Of a stretch of DNA of 64,000 nucleotides, positions 30,728 to 40,144 are shown one piece after another (within the stretch, counting starts at the first letter, position 1; each line of letters starts with the position of its first letter). The stretch is taken from contig JAWKIW010000002.1 in the NCBI GenBank assembly GCA_041394145.1, positions 379,252 to 443,251 of the forward strand, given 5' to 3'. The stretch is from Acidimicrobiales bacterium (GTDB lineage Bacteria; Actinomycetota; Acidimicrobiia; Acidimicrobiales; Acidimicrobilacustridaceae). The notes below the pieces were generated by a model. That model saw only the letters and a list, made by a program, of their open reading frames with translations. It did no database searches and had not been told where the DNA came from. The position numbers and the translations under genes are program-made.

Positions 30728-31615
30728 TCGATGTCGACGTGGCGGCGCTTGCACGCGCGGCGAGGTCGGTCAGATCGGCTGGCTGGTGCTCGAGGCGATC
30801 GCCGGACACGCATCGCCCGGCGTCGCGTGGTCGAGGCTCTCGTGCGCAGCCTGCGGTCGCAGGCAGTGACGCGTCGGGGTGTCGAGGGACTGGGGTGGCC
30901 CGGGCGTTGCGGTCGCTGATCGACGCTGGGGATCGTCGGCGCGTAGATGACCGCGACGAGCAGAGGGGTCGGCTCCCGTCGGCGACCTACCGGGTCGACC
31001 TGGCGGCCGACGGCATCACCGTCGTCGCCGTGTCGCAGGACACCGTCGAGGCACCTGCCGTCATGGACTAGCCGGCCAACGACTCGCGCCCGGTCGACCA
31101 GCTCAGCCTCACCTGGACGCCAGTCCCGCTCCGATGCTCGCCGCCATGCCAGTCGCCGTCACTGCCGCCACGACCCATGGGCGACCAGAGATGGCTCACA
31201 GACTTGCACGCGGTCGTGCGGACCCTGGTCGGGACCGTCGGTGGCGCCGTCGAGGCCGCTGGCGCCGGCGGCGTGGACGACTCGACGGCCGGCAGAGCTG
31301 GGTGATCGATCGGGTGCGCCTGTGGTAGGCGCGCCGCCTGTCGTTCGTCCTGCTGGCAGGTCGGGTTACGGCGCCGGGTCGTTCAGCGAGGCGTCAGGAG
31401 GGGTCGGGACGCGGTGGGCAGGTCGTTGGTCGGGTCGTGGCTCGGTCGTTCGCTGTGGCCGCCTTGGCGCCGGGAGGCGGTCGGCCTGGGTTGCTGCGGC
31501 AGAGGCCGTGGGTCCCGGGTTCGGTCCCCGGGTGGGGTTCGGTCCTGGTGGCCCGGCCACCCCGGATTGAGGCGGATCGGCGCGGCGGCGGCGGGCTGGG
31601 AGTGGGTCTAGGTCG

Positions 31616-34154
31616 GTGGAGGTTCGTGTCGTGTTGAACATCGGGAAGCTGGCGGCGGGCAAGGCCGGCTACTACGTGTCGCTGGCTGCTGGGGTCGAGG
31701 ACTACTACACTGACACGGCGAACCTCCGCCGAGCCCGACGGCGCCGAGCTGCTCGGCTTGGCCATTGCCGGCACCGTGACGGCCGACGATCTGGTCACGG
31801 TGCTGGGTGGGCGGGCGCCGGGGACTGGCGAGCGGCTGACGGGCTCGGGTGGCGGGGTTCGATCTGGACGTTCCGGGCGCCGAAGTCGGTGTCGTTGCTG
31901 TACGGGTTGGGCGAGGCCGACACGGTCGCCGGCGTGGTGGTCGATCGCGCGACGAGGCGGCTGTGGACGCCGCGGTCGGCTACCTCGAGCGGGCCGCCTG
32001 GTGCGACCCGCCGCCGGGTCGACGGGACGATCACCCGGTTCGCGGGGAGGGGTCTGCTGCGGCCGGGTTCGGCACCAGACGTCGCGGCGGGGACCCGACC
32101 CTGCACACCCACGTGCTGGTGGCGAACATGACCTGCACACCCGGCGGCCGGTGGGGGCGCTGGACGGGCGACGGGTCTACGAGCACGCCTTGATCGCCGG
32201 CTACTTCTACCAGGCCCAGCTGCGGGCCGAGCTGATCCGCCGCCTCGGCGTCGAGTGGGACTGCGGTCAACGGCTGTGCCGACGTCGCCGGTGTCGACGA
32301 CGGGGTGATCGCCGCGCCTTCCGGCGGCGCGCCGAGATCCTCGAACGTCTGACCAGCGCGGCCAGCGGTCGGCCCGGCGCAGGCGGCCACGCTCGACACC
32401 CGCCGCGCCAAGGACTACCGCCACGGCCGGGTCGACGCCACCGAGCTGCGGAGCCGCGGGCCGAACGCGGCGACCGGGTCGGGTTCGGACCGGCACAGGT
32501 GGCCGGGTTGTCGACGCCGGCGTCCGACGAACCCTCCTCCCTGGCCCAGGTCGGCGACATCTTCCGCGATCTGGCCGGCCCCGACGGGCTCACCAAGCAC
32601 AAGAGCACCTTCACCCGCCCCGACGTGCTGCGAGCGTTCGCGTCGGCGCTGCCCGACGGCGCCGACGTCGCCGCCATCGAAGACCTCGCCAGCTTCTACC
32701 TGTTCGCCACCGAACCGGTCGCAGTCGGTGACGTGCACGGCGCCGAGGCGTGGACGACCCAGGACCTCCTCGACACCGAACGACGGGTGCTCGCCGGCAT
32801 CGCCGCCCGCCGACACGCCGGCACCGGCATCGCCGACCGGGCCGAGGTGGCCGCCGCCATCGGTGCCCGGCCCACCATCGGTGACGAGCAGGCCGACATG
32901 GTCGCCGACCTGTGCCTGGCCGGACACGGCGTCGACGTCGTGGTGGGTGCCGCCGGCACCGGCAAGACCTTCGCCCTCGACACCGCCCGCGTCGCTTGGG
33001 AGCGCTCCGGGTACCGGGTCCACGGCGCCGCCCTGTCGGCGCGGGCCGCCGCCGAGCTGCAGGCCGGCTCGGGCATCGAGTCGACCACGATCGCCCGGCT
33101 GCTCGGCCAGATCGACGCCGGCCGGACCCGACTCGATACCCGGGCGGTCGTGGTCGTCGACGAAGCCGGCATGGTCGGCACCCGGACCCTGGACCGGCTC
33201 CACCAGGCGACCTCGGCCGCCGGCGCCAAGCTGGTGCTCGTCGGTGACCCCGCCCAGCTCCCCGAGATCGACGCCGGCGGCGCCTTCGCGGCGCTCACCG
33301 AACGCCTCGACCCGATCCGCCTCGTCGACAACCGCCGCCAGGTCCACCACTGGGAACGCGGCGCCCTCGACGACCTGCGCTCCGGCCGGATCGCCGCCGC
33401 CGTGGCCACCTACCAGCAACGGCAGCGCATCGTGGTCGTCGCCGACCCCGACGAGCTGCACACCCGCGTCGTCCAAGACTGGTTCGCCTCCCACCAGGCA
33501 GGGGACCAGGCGCTCATGGTCGCCGCGCACCGCGCCGAGGTCCGAGACCTCAACCAACGAGCACGCCAGCTGCTCGACGACGCCGGCCTCCTCGGCCCGA
33601 CCCGCCTACGGGTCGGCGGCCACGAGTTCGCCGAAGGCGACCGGGTCATGGCCGTCGGCCGCAACCACTACGACCTCGACATCCTCAACGGCGACCTCGG
33701 CACCATCACCGGCATCGGACCCAACGGCGACATCACCTTCCACGCCGACCGAACGGCCGAGCCACGCACGATGCCCGCCGCCCGCATCGAAGCAGGCTTC
33801 CTCGACCACGGCTACGCCCGCACCAACCACAAGACCCAAGGCGCTACGGTCGACCGCACCTTCATCCTCGGCGACGACGGCGACCTCGACCGCCAAGCCG
33901 CCTACGCCGCCCTGTCCCGGGGTCGCATCGAGAACCGCCTCTACGTGCCGGACCCCGACGACGACCTCCTCCTGGACACACCAGCTGCCTCCCCGATCCA
34001 CGAGCACGTCACCTACGAGCTGTCCCGCGACCGATCCCAACGCCTCGCCACCGACCACCTCGACGCCCAGGCCGGCCGCGCCGACGACCTGGACGCCCAC
34101 CTGCCCCACGCCCACCCCGATCCCGAACCCACCGTCGACAACGACCTCTGGTGA
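31616..34154 (+). CDS. MobF-family conjugative relaxase (TrwC/TraA N-terminal relaxase + RecD-like helicase); relaxase domain split over 3 frames
   Basis: MEVRVVLNIGKLAAGKAGYYVSLAAGVEDYY (YY/DYY motif), WTFRAPKSVSLLYG, DPTLHTHVLVANMT (HxH motif), WRALDGRRVYEHALIAGYFYQAQLRAEL, helicase motifs GAAGTGKTF, VVVDEAGMV, LVGDPAQLP. Confidence 0.85.
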
Positions 34155-34184
34155 GCTGTCGAGCGGCCTGAGCGGACCGTCGCC

Positions 34185-34440
34185 TTGCGTCGGCGGGGCT
34201 GGTGGAGCCGCCTGGTACCGTGCCGGTGTGGCGCTGCGCCGAGACGACCTGACCCTGAGCAGCTGGAGCTCCAGCGGGCGCTGGATCGATCGTGGACCGA
34301 GGCCCAGCGGGGGCTCGCCGACCCGGAGTTCCGGGCCTACCTCGAGGACTCGATGCGCCGGCTCGATGCCAGGGAGCCGGCCCCGATGCTCACCCGCGAG
34401 GAGTTCCTGGCGCAGACCAGGATCCTCGACCAGCAGTGCC
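34185..34440 (+). CDS. putative antitoxin (ParD/Phd-like C-terminal motif); start/stop unclear
   Basis: ...ELQRALDRSWTEAQRGLADPEFRAYLEDSMRRLDAREPAPMLTREEFLAQTRIL. Duplicated outside the island at 35097-35313. Confidence 0.3.
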
Positions 34441-34448
34441 CCTCCGAG
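34232..34448. repeat. ~215-bp direct repeat, element-internal copy (antitoxin-like region)
   Basis: gaccctgagcagctggagctccagcgggcgctggatcgatcgtgg... about 92% identical to 35097-35313. Confidence 0.6.
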
Positions 34449-34711
34449 ACGTCGAGGAGTTCCACCGCTGGATCGAGCGGGAGTCCCTGTCGATCGCGGC
34501 CCAGCGAGTCGCCCGCCACTCTCGCCGAGGTCGGCGACGAGGCCTGGCGATCACCGAGTGTCCCGGTCGAAGCCCTTTCGAACCAACCGGAGTACGAAGT
34601 GCGCGAGAGGTCGCCCTTCCTGCCGAGGGCGACGACCGGCCGGTCCGGCTCTGGTACCGCCACATCTACGCCACGGACGCTGTCGATGTCATCGCCGTCA
34701 CCAACCGGTGA
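34437..34711 (+). CDS. putative ParE/RelE-superfamily toxin (GTG start overlapping antitoxin frame)
   Basis: VPLRDVEEFHRWIERESLSIAAQRVARH...RPVRLWYRHIYATDAVDVIAVTNR-stop has ParE-like motif spacing. Low confidence. Confidence 0.3.
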
Positions 34712-34778
34712 CCGCGCCGTCGAACCGGATCGAGCGTCTCCCGATCGGCGGCGATCGATCGCTCGCAGGCCCCCGATC

Positions 34779-34798
34779 CATCCCTACTCCATCCCTAC
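34779..34798. promoter_or_regulatory. tandem CATCCCTAC arm-type repeats adjacent to attR
   Basis: catccctac at 34779-34787 and 34790-34798, 106 bp inside attR. Mirrors the attL-proximal pair. Confidence 0.5.
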
Positions 34799-34904
34799 AA
34801 CTGCACGACACAGGCCCACATCGGCTGGTACGGGCCGACACAAACCTCGGGAAAACCGCAGGTCAACGGCACAATCGCGCACTGGCTGGACAAGCAGGTC
34901 AGAC

Positions 34905-35058
34905 CTACGACATCTTCGAGGGCACCGAGCAGATCCAGCAGCTCGTGATCGCCCGGGCCATCTCCGGCCTGCGCGTCGAGTAGTCCTGACCTGCGCGTTC
35001 TTCTGTCAGAGGCCCGCTCACCGGAGCGGGCCTCTGGCGTTGTCGGACCCGGGATCGG
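34905..35058. repeat. attR: 154-bp direct repeat (copy 2), displaced ACAD 3' fragment + hairpin
   Basis: Encodes ...YDIFEGTEQIQQLVIARAISGLRVE-stop with no upstream gene body. Hairpin at 35008-35037. Confidence 0.8.
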
Positions 35059-35096
35059 TCCTGTCCCGCGGGCGCTCGGGTAGCGTGCGTGCGTGG

Positions 35097-35313
35097 CGCG
35101 GCGTCGAGACCGCTTGACCCTGAGCAGCTGGAGCCTCCGGCGGGCGCTGGATCGATCGTGGGCCGAGGCCCAGCGGGGCTCGCCGACCCGGAGCTCCGGG
35201 CCTACCTCGAGGACTCGATGCGCCGGCTCGATGCCAGGGGGCCGGCCCCGCTGGTCACCCGCGAGGAGCTCCTGGCGCAGACCGAGGTCCTCGACGGGTA
35301 GTGCCCCTCCGAG
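35097..35313. repeat. ~215-bp direct repeat, chromosomal copy just outside attR
   Basis: Same sequence with two compensating 1-bp indels. The antitoxin-like ORF ends with TAG here. Confidence 0.6.
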
Positions 35314-35443
35314 ACGTCGAGGAGCTCGGCCACATCATCAGGGACGGCGGTCCCGAGGACGTCGAACGCCTCCACCGAGCCGAGCGGCGGCCCCGCTGGA
35401 CCCGACCATCCTGCGTGTCACACGCCCTCGTCATGATGGGAGC

Positions 35444-37177
35444 ATGGTCGAGGGATCGGGGTTCTCCGACGTGTCGCTGGAGCTGGTCGGTGCCGTCGGG
35501 GGCATCGTCGGTGCAGCAGCCGTGGACCCGGCGTCGGCGTCCGACGAGGACCTGTGTGCGGCGATGGTGACGTTGGAGGGGGTGCGGCGGGCCGTCGACG
35601 CCCTGCAGGCGCGGGTGGTGGCCGAGGCCGACGCCCGCGACGTGTGCAACCTCGCCGACGGGCTGTCCACGGCGCGGTGGCTCGCCCGCGAAGCCGGCCT
35701 GGCCGGGGCGACGGCCAAGCAGCGGGTCAAGGTCGCCAACGTCCTGTGTCGCCACCTCGACGTCGTCCACCAGGCACTGGCCGACGGTCGCATCTCGTGG
35801 GACCACGCCCGGGTGCTGGCCGATCTGGTGAACCCCCGTGTCGTCGACCAGGTCGTCGCCCTGCAGGGCGAGCTGGTGGCGCTGGCGGAGCTGTGCGGGT
35901 TCGAGCGGTGGCGCCGCGAGGTCACCGCCGTCGTGGCCCGGTTGGACCACGACGGTGGCTACGACCCCGCCGCGGACCTGGCGCGGAACCGGCTGCGGGT
36001 CGGACCGGTGCTGGGCGGCGTCGCCGACGTGTCCGGCTCGTTGACCGGTGACCACGCCGTGCTCGCGGCGCACGCCATCGACACCGTCGCCGACGAGCTG
36101 TTCCACCGCTACCGCCGCGACCACGACCAGTGCCCCGACATCGAGGTGCCGTCGCGGGCGACCTTGCGGGCACTGGCCCTGGTCGAGCTGTGCCGCCGCG
36201 GCCTCGCCACCGACCCCCGCTCGTCCACGCCGCCGCGGCCCGAGATCGTGGTCGTCACGCCGGCGTCGGATCCCCTCGATGCCGATGCGCTCGCCGATGC
36301 GGCCACCCTCGACGGTGTGCCGTTGCCGGACGGCACGATGCGGCTGCTGGCCTGTGACGCTGCCTGGCGGGCGCTGATCGTGGACCACCTCGGCGTCCCG
36401 TTGGACCTGGGTCGCCGCGTCCGGTTCGCCACCCCCGACCAACGGCTGGCACTGGCCGTGCGCGACGGCGGCTGCGTCTTCCCCGGCTGTGACGCCCCAC
36501 CGTCGTGGTGCGACGCCCACCACCTCGACGAGTTCGTCCGCCACCGCGGCCACACCGATCTCGTTCGGCTCGCCCTGCTGTGCCGCCACCACCACGGCGT
36601 CACCCACCGCCGGGGCTGGACGATGCGGTCCACGGGCGACGGGTGGTTCCGGTGGCAGACGCCGACCGGCCGCACCCTCCACTCCCAACGCCACGGCCGC
36701 CGACGAGCCGGTGCCGATCCCCGGGGAGGCCGGCCACCACGAGCGCCACGCACCACCGACCACCTCGGGCCGCGCGAGATGGCCTGCACCTCCACCACCC
36801 TCTGTGCCACCGCTCCCATCACCGCCACGGTGCCCTCGAGTGGCGTGGCGACAGGTGCTCGTCGGGTCGCGACGCGCACCTGGTCGACTCCGGCGGTGCC
36901 GCCGCTCGTCGGCGTCAGGCGGGGTCGAGCACGAAGAGCGGGATCACCCGCTCGGTGGCCGCCTGGTAGCTGTCGTAGTCGGGCCAGACCGCAGTGGCGC
37001 GGGCCCACCACGTCGACTTCTCGTCGCCGTGCACCTCCCGAACCGTGTAGTCGCCGAGGACGTCGCCGTCCTGGAGCCGCGCGACGGCGTTGGCGCGGAC
37101 GTTGTGCACCCACTGCGGGTTGGTCGGCGCACCACCCATCGAGCCGACCACGGCGTAGCGGCCCTCGCCGTCGCTGA
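35444..37177 (+). CDS. DUF222 + HNH endonuclease protein (REP13E12-like); real C-terminus probably ~36.75 kb, ORF reads through to 37177
   Basis: MVEGSGFSDVSLELVGAVGGIVGAAAVDPASASDEDLCAAMVTLEGVRRAVDALQARVVAEAD. C-terminal HNH GGCVFPGCDAPPSWCDAHHLDEFVRHRGHTDLVRLALLCRHHHGVTHRRGW. Confidence 0.7.
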   Translation: MVEGSGFSDVSLELVGAVGGIVGAAAVDPASASDEDLCAAMVTLEGVRRAVDALQARVVAEADARDVCNLADGLSTARWLAREAGLAGATAKQRVKVANVLCRHLDVVHQALADGRISWDHARVLADLVNPRVVDQVVALQGELVALAELCGFERWRREVTAVVARLDHDGGYDPAADLARNRLRVGPVLGGVADVSGSLTGDHAVLAAHAIDTVADELFHRYRRDHDQCPDIEVPSRATLRALALVELCRRGLATDPRSSTPPRPEIVVVTPASDPLDADALADAATLDGVPLPDGTMRLLACDAAWRALIVDHLGVPLDLGRRVRFATPDQRLALAVRDGGCVFPGCDAPPSWCDAHHLDEFVRHRGHTDLVRLALLCRHHHGVTHRRGWTMRSTGDGWFRWQTPTGRTLHSQRHGRRRAGADPRGGRPPRAPRTTDHLGPREMACTSTTLCATAPITATVPSSGVATGARRVATRTWSTPAVPPLVGVRRGRARRAGSPARWPPGSCRSRARPQWRGPTTSTSRRRAPPEPCSRRGRRRPGAARRRWRGRCAPTAGWSAHHPSSRPRRSGPRRR

Positions 37178-37364
37178 TGCGGACCAGCGGCGTCTTGCGG
37201 ACCTTTCCGGACTTCGCCCCGAGCGTCCAGAGGACGATCCACTGCTCGCCGACGATCTCGCTCGGCTCGGTCCCACCGGTCCGCTCGTAGCGTTCGACCT
37301 CCTCGGCGATCGGTGCCCAGGGGCTGGGCTCGTACTCGGCATCGAACGCTTCGAACCCTGACAT
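36915..37364 (-). CDS. nitroreductase-family deazaflavin (F420H2)-dependent oxidoreductase, DUF385
   Basis: MSGFEAFDAEYEPSPWAPIAEEVERYERTGGTEPSE...TLGAKSGKVRKTPLVRISDGEGRYAVVGSMGGAPTNPQWVHNVRANAVARLQDGD...YQAATERVIPLFVLDPA. Confidence 0.75.
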   Translation of the reverse strand: MSGFEAFDAEYEPSPWAPIAEEVERYERTGGTEPSEIVGEQWIVLWTLGAKSGKVRKTPLVRISDGEGRYAVVGSMGGAPTNPQWVHNVRANAVARLQDGDVLGDYTVREVHGDEKSTWWARATAVWPDYDSYQAATERVIPLFVLDPA

Positions 37365-37548
37365 CGCGGCCTCCTCGCTGCGGCTCCGGCGCCCCCTGGC
37401 ACGACGGCAGGAACGGGGCGTCCCGGAGGCGCAACGTAGCCGCCTCGACCGGCCGGGCACCGAACCCGACGAGTGCCACGGGGTCGTTCAGCACTACCCG
37501 GGCGCCGCGTCGTCGGCCTACGGTGCAGCGAGGGCACGGGGAGGCGAG

Positions 37549-38520
37549 ATGCAGGCGATCGTCCGTCGCGAGTACGGCTCGGCACAGGTCTTGGAGCTGA
37601 CGGACGCCGATCGGCCCGTTCCCGAGGACGACCAGGTGCTCGTGCGGGTGCGGGCGTCGTCGGTCAACCCCTACGACTGGCACGCCATGACCGGGTTGCC
37701 GCAGTTCATGCGGCTGATGACCGGTCTGCGCCGGCCGAAGGTGGCGGCGCTGGGCGCCGACCTGGCCGGCGTGGTCGAGGAGGTCGGTCCGGCGGTGCAC
37801 GACCTCCGCCCCGGCGACGAGGTCTTCGGCGAGGTCGAGGAGGGCGCGTTCGCCGAGTACGTGGGCGCGGCGGCCGACGTGGTGGCACCCAAGCCGGCCG
37901 GCCTCACCTTCGAGCAGGCGGCGGCCGTGCCGATGGCCGGGGTCACGGCACTGCAGGCGCTCCGTGACCACGGACGGGTGCGACCCGGCCACGCCGTGCT
38001 CGTCAACGGTGCATCGGGCGGTGTGGGCACCTTTGCCGTGCAGCTGGCGCGGCACCTCGGTGCCGAGGTCACCGGGGTCTGCAGCACGCGCAACGTCGAG
38101 CTGGTCCGGTCCCTCGGTGCCGCCGAGGTCGTCGACTACACGCGCGACGACTTCACCCGCGGCGGCCCGCGCTACGACGTGATCCTCGACCTCATCGGGA
38201 ACCGCTCGACGAGGGAGTGCCGGCGGGTGCTCGCTCCCAAGGGCGTCTACATCGCGTCGTTCGGCCAGCCGGAGCACCGGGTGCTCGGCCCGCTGGGGCG
38301 CCTGGCCGGGATGCTGGTGGTCTCGCCGTTCGTCGGCCACACCCTGACCACGTTCGTGTCGAAGCCGAACCGGCCCGACCTGGTGCTGCTGGCGGACCTC
38401 CTCGAGCGCGACGAGGTGACCCCGGTCATCGACCGCACCGTCGCCCTGGGCGACCTCGCCGACGCCATGGCCCACGTGGCGGCCGGTCACGCCCGTGGCA
38501 AGGTCGTCGTGACGATCTGA
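37549..38520 (+). CDS. NAD(P)H quinone oxidoreductase / zinc-type alcohol dehydrogenase (MDR superfamily)
   Basis: VLVRVRASSVNPYDWHAMTG and LVNGASGGVGTFAVQLARHLGAEVTGV (Rossmann). GGAGG-like RBS upstream. Confidence 0.85.
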   Translation: MQAIVRREYGSAQVLELTDADRPVPEDDQVLVRVRASSVNPYDWHAMTGLPQFMRLMTGLRRPKVAALGADLAGVVEEVGPAVHDLRPGDEVFGEVEEGAFAEYVGAAADVVAPKPAGLTFEQAAAVPMAGVTALQALRDHGRVRPGHAVLVNGASGGVGTFAVQLARHLGAEVTGVCSTRNVELVRSLGAAEVVDYTRDDFTRGGPRYDVILDLIGNRSTRECRRVLAPKGVYIASFGQPEHRVLGPLGRLAGMLVVSPFVGHTLTTFVSKPNRPDLVLLADLLERDEVTPVIDRTVALGDLADAMAHVAAGHARGKVVVTI

Positions 38521-38633
38521 CGTCCGAGCCGGAGCCCGAGCCCGGGCGAGGGTCGGGAGGCGGGGGCGCGGCGGGGCGTTGTTCCCTACTCGGCGCCCCC
38601 TCGTCGTCGCACCATCGGGCTAGGAGCAAGGCG

Positions 38634-40144
38634 ATGTATCCCGTCCACACGAACCCCGATGGTTCGCGCTACCGGTGGGACGGCGAGCAGTGGGTGCCGT
38701 TGCCACCCGAGCGGCAGGGCCCGCGAGGCCTGGTGTTCGGCATCGTCGTGGTGACCGTGGCCCTGATCGCCTTCGTGATGGTCGGGCTGGCGGGCAACGC
38801 GGTCTACCAGCGGGTCACCTCCGGCGGTTCGACGACCACCGCGGCGCGGCCGACCACGACCCGCGCCGGGCAGAGCACCACCACGACGAGCCGCTCGACG
38901 GACCGCACCCCGGCGCCAGACCGCGACGGGGAGGCGGCACAGGCCGACGAGAGCTTCTTCGTGACCTTCCTGCCCGAGCTGCGGTCGGCGAAGGCCCCGT
39001 CGTGGGTGCAGCAGGGCACCCGCATCACCTACTACTCGGCCGCCGCCTCGGTCCCGCAGTCGTACCACCGCTACGTCGAGGACGAGGAGGGCGGCTGGAT
39101 CGACCCGACCACCGGCGACAAGTACCGACGGGAGGACATCCAGAGCGCCGCGGGGCACGGCTACAACGAGATCAACGTGACGGCCCTGAACGACGCGGTG
39201 GTGGCCCTCAACATCCGGGCCTACGGGCTGCAGGACGTCGATCGGTCGAGCCCGGTCACCACCCTCACCTGGAGCGGGGCGGTCGGGCTCCCGGGAGCGG
39301 GGTCGGACTGGTGGCTCGCTCCGGAGGTGCTCGCCGGCATCGAGGAGACGGTCACCTCCGACCTCAAGATCGTGCGCATGCCCTACACCGCCGAGGGCAC
39401 GACCTACTCGTCGATCTGGATCCAGTCCCTCAGCGACCGCGGCAACCACACGTGGGTCTACGACCTCGACTCCGGGGTGCTGCTGCACACCGCCAGCTCG
39501 ACCCAGGGGCCGCCGATCACCGGTCCGGTCGCCCGAGGTGAGGGCCGTGAGGGCTCGACGTTCCTGACCACCAGCACGATCGTGAACACCCGCCAGCTGT
39601 CGATGCCGTGGGTCGGCTCCTCGGCGCCGTCGTGGATCGGCTCGAGTCCCACTTCGACTACCAGGGCACGGTCACGGCCGAGGTCGGGTCGCCCATCCCG
39701 CTCGACGCCACCGTGGCCATCGACCGCAAGGCGTCCGGGTCGGACTGGGCCCGCTACACCTACGCCCGGACGCTGTACTCGACCGTCGCTCCGTCGGTGA
39801 CCGAGGGCTTCGAGCGCGTCGACGGCCCCGGGCAGGTCGGCGGCCTGTTCCTGCCGCCGGACGCCATCGGTGACCTGCGGGCCGGCGACGACCTCGACCA
39901 CGACCCGGTGACGAACGTCGACGTCTCCGTCGCCGCTGTCGATCCGGGGTCGACGGTGACGATCCGCGAGTCCGGCCAGGGCGAGGTGTCCGAGCTCACC
40001 TACGACGCCCGGTCCGGGCTCCTGGTCGCCTGGTCGTACCAGAACCCGTACCAGTACCAGCGCCACGACTTCCGGCTCACCGGCCAGGGCGCGCGGCAGC
40101 GGGCCTGCGCCACGCCGACACCGGGTGGCCGGCGAGCACGGTGA
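38634..40144 (+). CDS. hypothetical membrane-anchored secreted protein; apparent frameshift ~39.61 kb
   Basis: MYPVHTNPDGSRYRWDGEQWVPLPPE, a TM segment FGIVVVTVALIAFVMVGL, and a Thr-rich linker. The body continues in ORF 39608..40144. AGGAG RBS at ~38620. Confidence 0.55.

Larger units (their letters stand above)
2621..35058. mobile_element. integrated mobilizable element (~32.3 kb) in the 3' end of the ACAD gene: int ... xis, MobF relaxase; no T4SS/FtsK
   Basis: Bounded by the 154-bp direct repeats. Integrase sits next to attL, with excisionase and relaxase toward attR. Arm repeats occur at both ends. Internal recombinases, an IS and toxin-antitoxin modules are present. Confidence 0.75.

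Noticed and set aside
34905-35058. tRNA or tmRNA gene as integration target
   Set aside because: No cloverleaf or CCA-type structure. The repeat is unambiguously the in-frame 3' end of the ACAD ORF plus a hairpin.
36109-38490. 793-aa minus-strand ORF
   Set aside because: Runs antisense through the HNH gene and the MDR oxidoreductase. The real minus-strand gene here is only the DUF385 reductase (36915-37364).
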